A stretch of 32,000 bases of DNA from Desulfobulbus propionicus DSM 2032 (GCF_000186885.1 NC_014972.1:510001-542000), one strand, 5' to 3'. Positions 9,401-18,692 are shown, counted from the stretch's first letter. Program-made: numbers and translations. The notes: a model not told the origin generated them from the sequence alone.

Positions 9401-10240
9401 GGTGGGGAAGTTATGGGTCTCGGCGGTGAGCAGTGGGTGATAGCAGACCGTGGCTTCACTCAGCGGCGACGGTTCGCCCGGTCGCGCAGGCAGGAGCGTG
9501 GTCAGGGTGCAGCCCTCGATAACGCTGGAGTTGTCCTTGAAGGCCACCTTGCTGCCCTTGGGATGGGCTTTGAGGGTGTCGGTGACCACCTGGAACAGGG
9601 TCCGGTCGTAGTGTTGGCCGTCGATCACCTGCTTGCCGCGGAAAAAGCCGTGCCGCGAGTGCTCGGAGTTGGCGTTGTTGAGATCCATGATCTCGACAAT
9701 GGTCGGGTTGCGGTCGCAACGCTTGACGAAATAGTCGTAATACAGCTCCCGGTCCCATTGGTCCATGGAGATGCCGGGAATGTCGAGCAGGCCGTCCGGC
9801 CCCTTGGACTGCAGATCGACCTCGTAGACCGGCTCCGGCACGATGCCGGTCTCGAAGGTGGTCAGCGGCTGGGCATAGACGCACTCGGTCATCCGGTCGT
9901 GATTTTGAGCGATGAAGGTGTCGATGGCCACGTCCTCGGGCACCAGAGAGCGGCGGGAGCGCTCTACCCGGGTGACCACGTCCAGGCCCACGGCCCGACA
10001 GATGGACACCATGTTCGAGGACCAGGCGGTGGCGAAGTTGAGCCGGGGGCCGATTTCGACCACCCGCTCACCGACAAGCTGCGGCTCAAAGGTAACGGTG
10101 TCGAGGAGGAAGCCGTCGGCCAGGATCAGGCGCAGCCGCTCGACCTCCGCAGGCGTCAGCGCACGGCTGGATTCGATGTTAAAGCAGTAGGCGAAGTCGG
10201 GTTTGACCTGACGATGGAGTTGGATGACGTGGGAAGGCAT
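6440..10240 (-). CDS. purL: Phosphoribosylformylglycinamidine synthase, single-chain large form
   Basis: About 1266 aa with unmistakable FGAM synthase similarity along the whole length, including the C-terminal glutaminase domain (GICNGCQ). The track start 10249 is TTG; ATG at 10240 with AAGGA 11 nt upstream is preferred. Confidence 0.97.
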   Translation of the reverse strand: MPSHVIQLHRQVKPDFAYCFNIESSRALTPAEVERLRLILADGFLLDTVTFEPQLVGERVVEIGPRLNFATAWSSNMVSICRAVGLDVVTRVERSRRSLVPEDVAIDTFIAQNHDRMTECVYAQPLTTFETGIVPEPVYEVDLQSKGPDGLLDIPGISMDQWDRELYYDYFVKRCDRNPTIVEIMDLNNANSEHSRHGFFRGKQVIDGQHYDRTLFQVVTDTLKAHPKGSKVAFKDNSSVIEGCTLTTLLPARPGEPSPLSEATVCYHPLLTAETHNFPTGVAPFPGAETGTGGRIRDVQGTGRGGLVMAGTAGYCVANLHIPDYELEWENAYACPDTLASALEIEIEASNGASDYGNKFGEPLIQGFTRSFDLRLSTGERWGFLKPIMFTGGIGQIDDRHTEKKQPLKGMLIVQVGGPAYRVGFGGGAASSMMQGENEAKLDFNAVQRGDAEMEQKMNRVIRACNEMGDLSLIDVIHDQGAGGPANVLKELVEHAGGRVEIRNIRVGDPTMSVLEIYVAEYQERVGLLISPENIERFQAICAREKVACEVLGEVTGDLRFVVHDNQDNTTPVNIEIPELLGKIPQKTFTDNRTVPALSAFVPPKKLDVREALNRVLRLVSVGSKRFLTNKVDRAVTGLIAQQQCCGPLQLTVADVAVVAQSHFGVSGIATAIGEQPIKMLVDPAAGARMAVGEALTNLVWARIRDLEQVKCSANWMWAPKLAGEGAALRDAAEAMAAAMIAVGIAVDGGKDSLSMAAKVGEEVVKSPRELVISLYAAMNDIRNKVTPDIKEPGSVLLFIDLSGGKNRLGGSGLAQTCGQIGDEVPDMDDPALVKRAFGAVQYLLDHGLILAGHDRSDGGLITTVLEMAFSGNCGLNLALNGSATVLETLFAEELGLVIECHWHHLAQVKERFEQAKVPCTVLGSTTVKQAITVQYNGHLVLDDSMAVLRQWWEETSYQLERLQMNPDCAEEERYAIFDRQGPEYRLGFTPEATAPAILQQKDKPKVIILRDEGSNSDREMSSAFYSAGFEPWDVTMTDLLAGRIDLADFRGIAAVGGFSYADVPESAKGWAATIRFNERLQAQFHQFYNRPDTFTLGICNGCQLFGLLGWVPWEGIEAEKQPRFIHNQSGRFESRWTTVKVLPSKAIMLQGMEELVFGIHVDHGEGYLHFPDEAIRQQVWNEGMAAVVFVDDQGQATETYPFNPNGSPGGLTGICSPDGRHLAMMPHPERAFLPWQCHWLPEEMKNLPVSPWLRMFQNAYAWCKQ

Positions 10241-10336
10241 GAATGGCAATGTCCTTAGATGTTGAAATCGGAGAAGGGTAAAAATGTGCTGCCCACCGTG
10301 AAAGAACGACGAGTATGCAGCTGAAAATTGTTCTGC

Positions 10337-10564
10337 TTATAACAACGCGCGGAAATCTTCAACCGAAAGCCCCGCTTGTTTGAGGATATGTGCCAAGGTG
10401 GATCGCTTGAGGGGCGTATGCGCCGGGATCGTCAACTTGAGCACTTCGGTGCGGGTGTGTTTTTGCAACCGGATATGGCTCCCTCTCTGCCTCACCACAA
10501 CCCAGCCGTCCCGCTTCAAGGCCGAGATGATCTTGAAATAAGAAAGACTGGGAATGAGGTTCAT
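10337..10564 (-). CDS. hicA: HicA-family mRNA interferase toxin
   Basis: 75 aa; ...LKRDGWVVVRQRGSHIRLQKH... is the HicA/YcfA signature. The ATG overlaps the hicB stop (ATGA). Confidence 0.9.
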   Translation of the reverse strand: MNLIPSLSYFKIISALKRDGWVVVRQRGSHIRLQKHTRTEVLKLTIPAHTPLKRSTLAHILKQAGLSVEDFRALL

Positions 10565-10764
10565 ATCGCAATCTCGAGGAGTTGGGCGTTCGGAGCAACG
10601 AGAGCATCGTCTTCGATGGGTTCGAGATACAAGGCTATAGCTTCCTTGATGTTGGCCAGTGCCTCCTCTCTGCTGTCGCCTTCACTGATGCACCCGGGGA
10701 GACTGGGGACGTAGACGGTGAAGCCACCTTCCTCGCTTGGTTCAAGAATGACCTGAAGTTTCAT
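10561..10764 (-). CDS. hicB: HicB-family antitoxin (short, UPF0150-type, no obvious DNA-binding extension)
   Basis: MKLQVILEPSEEGGFTVYVPSLPGCISEGDSREEALANIKEAI is the HicB N-domain. Start moved to ATG 10764 because GGGAG sits 6 nt upstream of it and is directly adjacent to the track start at 10770. Confidence 0.85.
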   Translation of the reverse strand: MKLQVILEPSEEGGFTVYVPSLPGCISEGDSREEALANIKEAIALYLEPIEDDALVAPNAQLLEIAI

Positions 10765-10874
10765 GTACATCTCCCTGAGAAGAATGAAATGGATAGGAAC
10801 ATGTCACACTGACGCCATCCATGCACGTAACTTTAGCATGCGCGGTTGCATTTTTCCGCTCCAAAGTGGGATGA

Positions 10875-12437
10875 TCATGCCCGTTTCTCATGCTTGCATC
10901 GACTTGGCCAGGGAGAGTGGTCATTAAAAAAGGCTGCATGATTTGAAGTAAAATAAGGCGGATCACGGCGGAAGATGGCCGCTAACTCCGGTTGGCGCTT
11001 GAATTCTTTATCAAGAAAGGTGCGGATGGCGCGCCGATCCCAGCCCTGGGGGTGGGGGAAATCGCAGTAGAGTGAGAGATCACCCTGGGAAAAGGTCGTG
11101 CCTGCCAGGGCCGTTGCCTCGGCGCCTGCGATAGGCATGTTGAAGATGGCCAGGTTGAGGAAGCTGATCTCCTGGTGGTGGCGTTGAACAAAGGCCAGGG
11201 TTTGGCGGGCTTCAACGGCGGATTCCGCCGGCGTGCCGAACAACAGATAGACATAGGTGGCGATACCGGCCTGATACAGGGCCGCGAGGACCTGTTCCAC
11301 CAGGGCCAGGTCGATGCCCTTGTGCAGCCCATCCAACACCTGCTGCGAACCGGATTCCAGGCCGAGCTTGAGTAGCATGCAGCCGGAGGCATGCAACCGG
11401 TGGCAAAAGTCGACATCAGCCAGTTGCTCGTGAAAGCGGACAAAACCGTACCAGGGTGCTCCAGGCGGATTGTCGATTAGCGCCGACATCACAGCCGGAC
11501 TGACGGCATTGTCGAGCAGGTGGATGAGGCTGGGTTGAGTGTGGCGGCACAATTGGTGCAAATGGGCCACCACTGTCTGCGGGTCAACAGGCTGATAGCG
11601 GCTCTGTTCGGCGGTCTCCGGGCAAAAGGTACACTTGTTCCAATAGCAGCCGCGCGAGGCTGCGTAGGGGAGAATCAGGCCGGGGGATAGGTAGTCGGCG
11701 AGCGATAGGCCGTCATAGTCGGGCGCGACATCATGGTGTTGGTGCGCAAGCCCCAGCAGGTCGAGCAGCGGGCCTTCGCCCGGCCCGGCGATGCACTGCG
11801 CCACCAGGCCGGCAAAGGGATTGGTCCAGCCGGGATGACGCATCCAGGAGGTGAGCAGGCCGCCGCCGAGCAGCAGGGGAATGTGCAGAAAGGTGGCGCG
11901 GAGAAAGCCGATCAGGCTGAAGCTGCACAGGGTCTGGCTGAGGTAGCAGAGCGAAATGCCGATAAATCGCGGCGCCTTGGCCGCGATCTTTGGCGCCAGG
12001 TGCTGCTCAAACCAGGGAAAGAAGAGGTTGGCGCGATACTCTTCTGCGGCCCTGAGCAGATCGCTGCTGGCCAGGGGATCGAGGCTGTTGTCCTCGTAGT
12101 TGGCCAGGCTAATCGAGAGTTCCGGCCGGGAGGCGACCGCCAGTTCCAGCACCCGGTTGATGTCGCGCACTGCCCGTTGATAGCGGTCGATATTGGCGTA
12201 GGTGGCGGGGCTGCGCAGAGCAGCGAGGTTGGCCTCGCGGTGCTTGAGGGCGCGGGTCGACCAGGTATCGACCGGATTCGTGGCTGAGCCCATCAGCCAC
12301 AACAGGCCTTCCAGGTTGGCATCCACCAGGGTGCAATCGACCCCGTGCGCCCGCAGGCAGCCGGCCAGGGCGGCGATGCCCGCCGGCGGCTCGCCCGCCT
12401 TGGCCAGGGGCGGATGGATCAGCAGGATGGAGGTCAT
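10875..12437 (-). CDS. B12-binding-domain radical SAM protein, substrate unknown
   Basis: Trimmed to ATG 12437 (MTSILLIHPPLAKAGEPP..., the typical B12-rSAM N-terminus). The cluster motif SRGCYWNKCTFCPE was read directly from the DNA at 11622-11648. GLESGS and other rSAM core motifs are present. Confidence 0.9.
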   Translation of the reverse strand: MTSILLIHPPLAKAGEPPAGIAALAGCLRAHGVDCTLVDANLEGLLWLMGSATNPVDTWSTRALKHREANLAALRSPATYANIDRYQRAVRDINRVLELAVASRPELSISLANYEDNSLDPLASSDLLRAAEEYRANLFFPWFEQHLAPKIAAKAPRFIGISLCYLSQTLCSFSLIGFLRATFLHIPLLLGGGLLTSWMRHPGWTNPFAGLVAQCIAGPGEGPLLDLLGLAHQHHDVAPDYDGLSLADYLSPGLILPYAASRGCYWNKCTFCPETAEQSRYQPVDPQTVVAHLHQLCRHTQPSLIHLLDNAVSPAVMSALIDNPPGAPWYGFVRFHEQLADVDFCHRLHASGCMLLKLGLESGSQQVLDGLHKGIDLALVEQVLAALYQAGIATYVYLLFGTPAESAVEARQTLAFVQRHHQEISFLNLAIFNMPIAGAEATALAGTTFSQGDLSLYCDFPHPQGWDRRAIRTFLDKEFKRQPELAAIFRRDPPYFTSNHAAFFNDHSPWPSRCKHEKRA

Positions 12438-12453
12438 GGCGCAGGAGACACAT

Positions 12454-12510
12454 CGCGGGCATGGCCCGCTCCCCTCATGTCGCCTATAGAAGGAGCGGGC
12501 CATGCCCGCG
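12454..12510. repeat. Perfect 19-bp inverted repeat (19-nt loop) between prfC and the rSAM gene
   Basis: CGCGGGCATGGCCCGCTCC (12454-12472) and GGAGCGGGCCATGCCCGCG (12492-12510) are exact reverse complements. No flanking T/A tract on either side. Confidence 0.9.
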
Positions 12511-12543
12511 AACAGAAGCTAACGTGCAATGGGGCGGAACCGC

Positions 12544-14133
<1,590 letters not shown>

Positions 14134-14188
14134 GTTGGGCTTGTTGATCAGGGATTGCTCGGTGCGCCGGCCACGATGGGCGGCGCGC

Positions 14189-14214
14189 AAAAAAAAAGGG
14201 CCGGAATCCGGCCC
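14189..14214 (-). terminator. Rho-independent terminator (GGGCCGG-AUU-CCGGCCC + U9)
   Basis: On the - strand this is a 7-bp all-GC stem with a 3-nt loop, followed directly by nine U (A9 at 14189-14197 on the + strand). It lies 105 nt after the Na/Pi gene stop and 55 nt before the prfC start. Confidence 0.85.
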
Positions 14215-14235
14215 GATCACGGAAAAACCATATCT

Positions 14236-14264
14236 ATATAATAGATTTGCCGAACTTTGTCCAA
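14236..14264 (-). promoter_or_regulatory. Sigma70-like promoter candidate (TTGGAC-N17-TTATAT) upstream of the terminator and prfC
   Basis: On the - strand, -35 TTGGAC is at 14264-14259, the spacer is 17 nt, and -10 TTATAT is at 14241-14236. It sits in a conspicuously AT-rich patch. Motif match only. Confidence 0.3.
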
Positions 14265-14318
14265 CCTAGAATGTGTTTTGTCGCGGGGATTCTGGACCCG
14301 TTGCTCATGGACCAACCG

Positions 14319-15980
14319 TTAACTTGCGGCCGGCTGCGGGGCGGGTAGGGGGCGCATGATCAGGTTTTGCATGCTCAGGACCACCATCCGGCTGGATTGG
14401 GTCAGGAAACGGTTGACCATCAGCAGTCTGGTAACATCCTGTTCCCGGATCGCCCGCTGGGCCACCGCCCCGGCGCAGGAGCGGAGAAACTGTTTGTCGG
14501 CCTCCTCGACGCCCTGGAATAGAAGCCGCAGTTCTTCCTCCTGCACCTCTGCCCGGGATTCGGCCGCTATCCCTTCAATGGTCCGCCACAGGTGGGCCAG
14601 CCGGTCACGGAATTCGCCATGGGCCTTGAGTAGAAACGGGTTGTCTTCCTGGCCAATATCCTCGATTTCCGATCGCAGCTCATACAGATTTCGCACCACG
14701 TTCATGGTACTGCGGCTGGACCGGATAATCGGCTCCAGCTGTGCCGCTTCCTGGGGATCGATGGCCTCGGCTTGTATCCGGGCATAAAAGGTGAAAATTT
14801 CAGCATGCAGGCGTTCCAGATCCCCGTAGGTGAGCGGGGTGTCGGCAACGCCGCTGGATGGCGGGGGTAAGGCCGCCAATCCGCTGCCCGCCGCGCGCAG
14901 ACCGTAGCGGATACCGAGATAGCGGATGGACAGCAGCAGTTGATGGAGCACCTCGTTGCGCAGGGCGGCTAGAGCAGCTTCGGGAACCTGGGGTGGGGTG
15001 TTGTGGATGTAGCGGGTGAGCACGGTCTGTTGTTCGGGAAAGAAACGATGCAGCAAGTGAACCAACACCGAAATCCAGGGAAAGAAAAGCAGCACGCCCA
15101 GGACATTGAACAGGGTGTGGAACAGGGCGATGGCCAGGACGGGGTTGTCGCCGAGAGCGAACAGGTCATGGATGATCCAGGACATCGGCGACAGCAGGGG
15201 CACGACCACCACGGCGGTAACCGCATTGAAAATGAGTGAGCTGGCAGCGGTCTGTTTTTTCGCCGGAATACCGCCGATGGCGCCCAGGAGCACCGTGATC
15301 GTGGTGCCGACGTTGGCCCCGATCACCAGGGCCGACCCCTCGCGAAAATCAATGATGTTGGAGAAAAGGGCGGTGAGGATGATGGCGATGGTGGCGGAAC
15401 TGGACTGCATGGCCGCAGTCAGCACGACGCCGGCCAGGACATAGACCCACAGGCCCACGTCTGGCAGAAAGGACAGGTCGACCGCGGCGGCAAAGGCTTC
15501 GACGCTGGTTTTCATGAAGTCCAGGCCATGGAAGAGAAAACCAAAGGCGGCCAACAGCTTGCTGACGTTGACATACCGGCTGGAGCCGGAAAAAAAGATC
15601 AGCCCCAGGCCGCCGATGCCGATCAACGGCAGGGCAAAGACGTCGATTTTGAACTGAAAGCCTACCAGGGCGACGATCCAGGCGGTGCAGGTCGTGCCCA
15701 CCATGGCGCCCATGAGCACCGCGATCGCGTTGGCCAGCGTCATCAGGCCGGCGCCGACAAAGGCGAGCACCATCAGGGACACGGCGGAGCTGGACTGAAG
15801 GATGGAGGTGGTGACGAAACCGGTCAGGAGGCCTTTGAGGCGGCTGTCGGTGAAGCGGCGGATCAGGGTCTTGAACGAGCGGCCGGCGAGCAGTTTGACC
15901 GATTCCTCCATCATGAACATGCCGAACAGAAAAATTCCCAGTCCGGCAAGGAATTTCCAGCCATCAAACAGTGTCCACAT
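14319..15980 (-). CDS. Na+/phosphate cotransporter family protein with C-terminal PhoU-like domain
   Basis: 553 aa with GGAGG 6 nt upstream. N-terminus MWTLFDGWKFLAGLGIFLFGMFMMEESVKLLAG and the duplicated QSSSA(V/T) motifs are typical of the NptA/YjbB family. Confidence 0.9.
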   Translation of the reverse strand: MWTLFDGWKFLAGLGIFLFGMFMMEESVKLLAGRSFKTLIRRFTDSRLKGLLTGFVTTSILQSSSAVSLMVLAFVGAGLMTLANAIAVLMGAMVGTTCTAWIVALVGFQFKIDVFALPLIGIGGLGLIFFSGSSRYVNVSKLLAAFGFLFHGLDFMKTSVEAFAAAVDLSFLPDVGLWVYVLAGVVLTAAMQSSSATIAIILTALFSNIIDFREGSALVIGANVGTTITVLLGAIGGIPAKKQTAASSLIFNAVTAVVVVPLLSPMSWIIHDLFALGDNPVLAIALFHTLFNVLGVLLFFPWISVLVHLLHRFFPEQQTVLTRYIHNTPPQVPEAALAALRNEVLHQLLLSIRYLGIRYGLRAAGSGLAALPPPSSGVADTPLTYGDLERLHAEIFTFYARIQAEAIDPQEAAQLEPIIRSSRSTMNVVRNLYELRSEIEDIGQEDNPFLLKAHGEFRDRLAHLWRTIEGIAAESRAEVQEEELRLLFQGVEEADKQFLRSCAGAVAQRAIREQDVTRLLMVNRFLTQSSRMVVLSMQNLIMRPLPAPQPAAS

Positions 15981-16142
15981 GACAAACCTCCAGGGAGGGG
16001 GTGAAGCGTTCCCGAACGCCGGGCAATCTGCGGTACCTGACCAGATTTACCCCAGAGCTGCGGTAGCGGCTGGAGCGGGCATATGCTGTTGACAGCGTCT
16101 TCCTGATCAGCCCGGCCTCCTTGCGCCGCTGGCCGGACAGCC

Positions 16143-16176
16143 AAAAAAAAGGCCTCTTTTCCGGAGAAAAGAGGCC
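16143..16176 (-). terminator. Rho-independent terminator downstream of tRNA-Asn
   Basis: On the - strand, GGCCUCUUUUC-UCCG-GAAAAGAGGCC (11-bp stem) is followed by U8 (A8 at 16143-16150 on the + strand). Confidence 0.85.
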
Positions 16177-16186
16177 TGGTGCGTTC

Positions 16187-16262
<76 letters not shown>

Positions 16263-16343
16263 ATGTGCGTTGAAAGGATGACGGCGCGTTGAGCAACCGT
16301 CCTCATTTCGAGAATGGCTAAATAGCACAGAGTCGACTGGGCG

Positions 16344-17885
16344 TCAAGAAAAAGTTGCGTCCTGAGCCGCGGTCTGCTCCGGCGGTGATGCCTGGTCGAG
16401 CGGCAGCCGGATATCGACAATCAGCCCGTCCTGGTCGGGGGCGTTGCGGAAGTGCAGCAATCCGCCATGCTGCCGGATTGCGTGATGGGCAATGGCCAGC
16501 CCCAGTCCGGTGCCGCCCGTGTTGCGGTCCCTGGCCTCGGCCACCCGGAAAAAGGGTTCGATGAGGTGGGGGAGTTTGTCTTCCGGCACGCCTGGACCGT
16601 GATCCCGTACGCGGATGACCGCCTGCGCGTTTGTCGTTGAGCTGTTTTTCCGGGTAAACAAACAGACCTCCACGCGGCTGCCTGACCGGGTGGAGGTGGC
16701 GCCGTTGCGGATGATGTTTTCAATGGCCTGCCGCAGCAGTTCAGGGGAACCGGGCACCGATGCCTCGGCCACCTCGCCGACCACGACCCCCTTGCCCAGG
16801 TGACGGGTCTCGAAATCAACATCCTGGGCGACGTCCCGCACCAGTTCGGCGAGGGCGACCCTGGGCGTGTTGGCGTCTATGGTGAAGGCCTCGCTGCGAG
16901 TCAAGGAGAGCAGTTGGCTGATCAGGTTGTTCAAGCGTTCGGATTCACGGCCGATTCGGTCCAAATTACCATCTTCCTCGGCCTGGAACCGCTTTCGTGC
17001 CAGCTCCAGGGCCAGGTTCAGCCGAGCCAACGGGGAGCGCAGTTCGTGGGAAATATCGCGCAACAACCGTTTCTGGTTGTTGACCATTTCTTCCATCTGT
17101 TCGGCCATGTGGTCGAAATCCCTCGCCAGATCGCCGATTTCGTTGCCCGCCTCGCCCAATGAGGCGCCCACCCTCGCCGAGAGATCGCCGCCGGCAATCT
17201 GGCGGCTGATGCGGCGCAGTCGTTCCAGGGGGGCGCTGAAGGATCGGGCCAGCAGATAGCAGATGGTCCCGGCGACAGCGAGAAACACCACCAGGCGCAG
17301 CCATTGGCCTCGGCCGAAGAAAGGAGGGTGCGGCGGCGGCTTCGGCAGAGGTTGCGTTGGCCGTCCTGGACCATTGTCGGGGAAAAAGTCTGGCCGGCCC
17401 GGGGGTGGGCCGTCCAGGCCCGGAGGTGGGCCCAGACGGTGCAAACCGATCACCGCGTAGGAGGCTCCGTCCGGGGCACGCAGCCGCTGAATCACCAACA
17501 GTTCCCGACCGTCGTCCCGAATGAGAGGTTGGTCGCCCGCGACGGCGGTATCGGCCAAGCGGACAAGCTCGGAGGGGAGGGCGGGGTCGACGGGCACGAC
17601 GGTGTCGCCGGCGCGTAGATACAGTCGGGTTCGCATCGACGCCTGGATTTCCTCGACATACAGGTTGAACGCTCGCTCGCCACGGTGCTGGCGCATCACC
17701 TGTGCGGCCTGGCCCATCAGCACGATCGAACGGGCGATGCTGGCCTGCATCTGACGATGGAAATCGTGGCGGAAGGAATCCACCGACCGGCGGGACAGGG
17801 AGTACATCACCAGGCCGCTGATCACTCCGGTGAGAAGGATGGTCAGGGAAAAACTGAGCAGGAGACGGAAGAAGATGCTGCGCAT
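16344..17885 (-). CDS. cpxA: CpxA-like sensor histidine kinase (2 TM, periplasmic domain, HAMP, HisKA, HATPase_c)
   Basis: 513 aa. H-box LLRDISHELRSPLARL; C-terminal FFRVAEARDRNTGGTGLGLAIAHHAIRQHGG closely parallels E. coli CpxA. Lies 18 nt downstream of the regulator gene. Confidence 0.85.
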   Translation of the reverse strand: MRSIFFRLLLSFSLTILLTGVISGLVMYSLSRRSVDSFRHDFHRQMQASIARSIVLMGQAAQVMRQHRGERAFNLYVEEIQASMRTRLYLRAGDTVVPVDPALPSELVRLADTAVAGDQPLIRDDGRELLVIQRLRAPDGASYAVIGLHRLGPPPGLDGPPPGRPDFFPDNGPGRPTQPLPKPPPHPPFFGRGQWLRLVVFLAVAGTICYLLARSFSAPLERLRRISRQIAGGDLSARVGASLGEAGNEIGDLARDFDHMAEQMEEMVNNQKRLLRDISHELRSPLARLNLALELARKRFQAEEDGNLDRIGRESERLNNLISQLLSLTRSEAFTIDANTPRVALAELVRDVAQDVDFETRHLGKGVVVGEVAEASVPGSPELLRQAIENIIRNGATSTRSGSRVEVCLFTRKNSSTTNAQAVIRVRDHGPGVPEDKLPHLIEPFFRVAEARDRNTGGTGLGLAIAHHAIRQHGGLLHFRNAPDQDGLIVDIRLPLDQASPPEQTAAQDATFS

Positions 17886-17903
17886 GTCCGATCGGTTGGG
17901 GGG

Positions 17904-18593
17904 TTAGGGGCAGATGTACATGTAACCGACACTGCGCACGGTTTTGATTCGTTCAATGCCGTTGACGTTGCGGCCCAATTTCTTGCGCAGACTGCTGATG
18001 TGGACATCGATGCTGCGGTCGAACAGCTCCAGTTTGCGGCCCAGCGCCTCCATGGCCAGCTCCTCGCGGTTGACCACCTGGCCGATCCGTTTGAGCAGGG
18101 CATGGAGCAGGGCGAATTCCACCGTGGTCAGCGGGATTTCGACGTCGTGCCGCCAGACGGTCCGGGTGCCAGGATCAAGGACGATGTCGTCGGCAAGCAG
18201 CTTGCCGGGCGCGGTGCGCCGGTTGCCCAATCCGTTTTCGCCTCGACGTTGGATGGCCCGGATCCGGGCCACCAGTTCACGCGGGTTGAAGGGCTTGGGC
18301 AGGTAATCATCGGCCCCCAATTCCAGGCCGACGATCCGGTCGACTTCATCGCCCCGGGCGGTCAGCATCAGCACCGGGACCGTGGACGCTTGCCGGATCT
18401 TGCGCAACAGGTCAAAACCGTTGAAGCCGGGGAGCATGACATCGAGAATCAGGAAGGAATGATCGCCGGCGAGAGCGGTCGTCAATCCCTGTTGGGCCTC
18501 ATGGCAGGCCGAGACGGCAAACCCCTCCTGTTCGAGGTATTCGGTCAGGAGGTCGCACAGCTCGGTGTCGTCGTCGATGAGCAAGATCCGCAT
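17904..18593 (-). CDS. cpxR: CpxR-like OmpR-family response regulator
   Basis: Track start 18614 is TTG; ATG 18593 gives MRILLIDDD.... Long blocks are shared with E. coli CpxR (LMLTARG.E.DR..GLELGADDYLPKPFN.RELVARIRAI.RR; FDRSIDVHISSLRKKL). No SD is visible at either start. Confidence 0.9.
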   Translation of the reverse strand: MRILLIDDDTELCDLLTEYLEQEGFAVSACHEAQQGLTTALAGDHSFLILDVMLPGFNGFDLLRKIRQASTVPVLMLTARGDEVDRIVGLELGADDYLPKPFNPRELVARIRAIQRRGENGLGNRRTAPGKLLADDIVLDPGTRTVWRHDVEIPLTTVEFALLHALLKRIGQVVNREELAMEALGRKLELFDRSIDVHISSLRKKLGRNVNGIERIKTVRSVGYMYICP

Positions 18594-18677
18594 GGAGGAG
18601 CGCCAGATGTTCAAGGTGATTCAATTGAGATGGAACTCGTCAACCATAAAGCCTCCCTGTGCCTGTCGGTTAGGCAA

Positions 18678-18692
18678 TTTACAAAAATTTAC
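18678..18692 (-). promoter_or_regulatory. GTAAA-N5-GTAAA direct repeat (CpxR-box consensus) upstream of the cpxRA-like operon
   Basis: The - strand reads cTGTAAAtttttGTAAAttgcc, that is TGTAAATT twice at exactly 10-bp spacing, about 85 nt upstream of ATG 18593 and next to an A8 tract. Confidence 0.55.

Noticed and set aside
6524-10258. Long + strand ORFs (6524-7816, 8114-10258 and smaller ones) inside purL
   Set aside because: They are antisense to full-length PurL. They have no motifs and the composition typical of GC-rich antisense frames.
14134-14220. N-terminal extension of PrfC to the GTG at 14220 (558 aa)
   Set aside because: The extension would be translated through the stem and U9 tract of a canonical terminator. 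It adds an R/G-rich peptide absent from RF3. GTG 14133 reproduces the RF3 N-terminal length.
16023-16038. Sigma54-like element upstream of the Na/Pi cotransporter (- strand aGGTACCGCAGATTGCc)
   Set aside because: The GG-to-GC spacing is one nucleotide too long (13 instead of 12), and sigma54 promoters are strict about this spacing.
15981-16142. Pho box upstream of the Na/Pi cotransporter gene
   Set aside because: Only a single CTGTCA half-site, within a short GCTGT-ca-ACAGC palindrome, is present. The tandem 7-nt repeats with 11-bp phasing of a PhoB box are absent.
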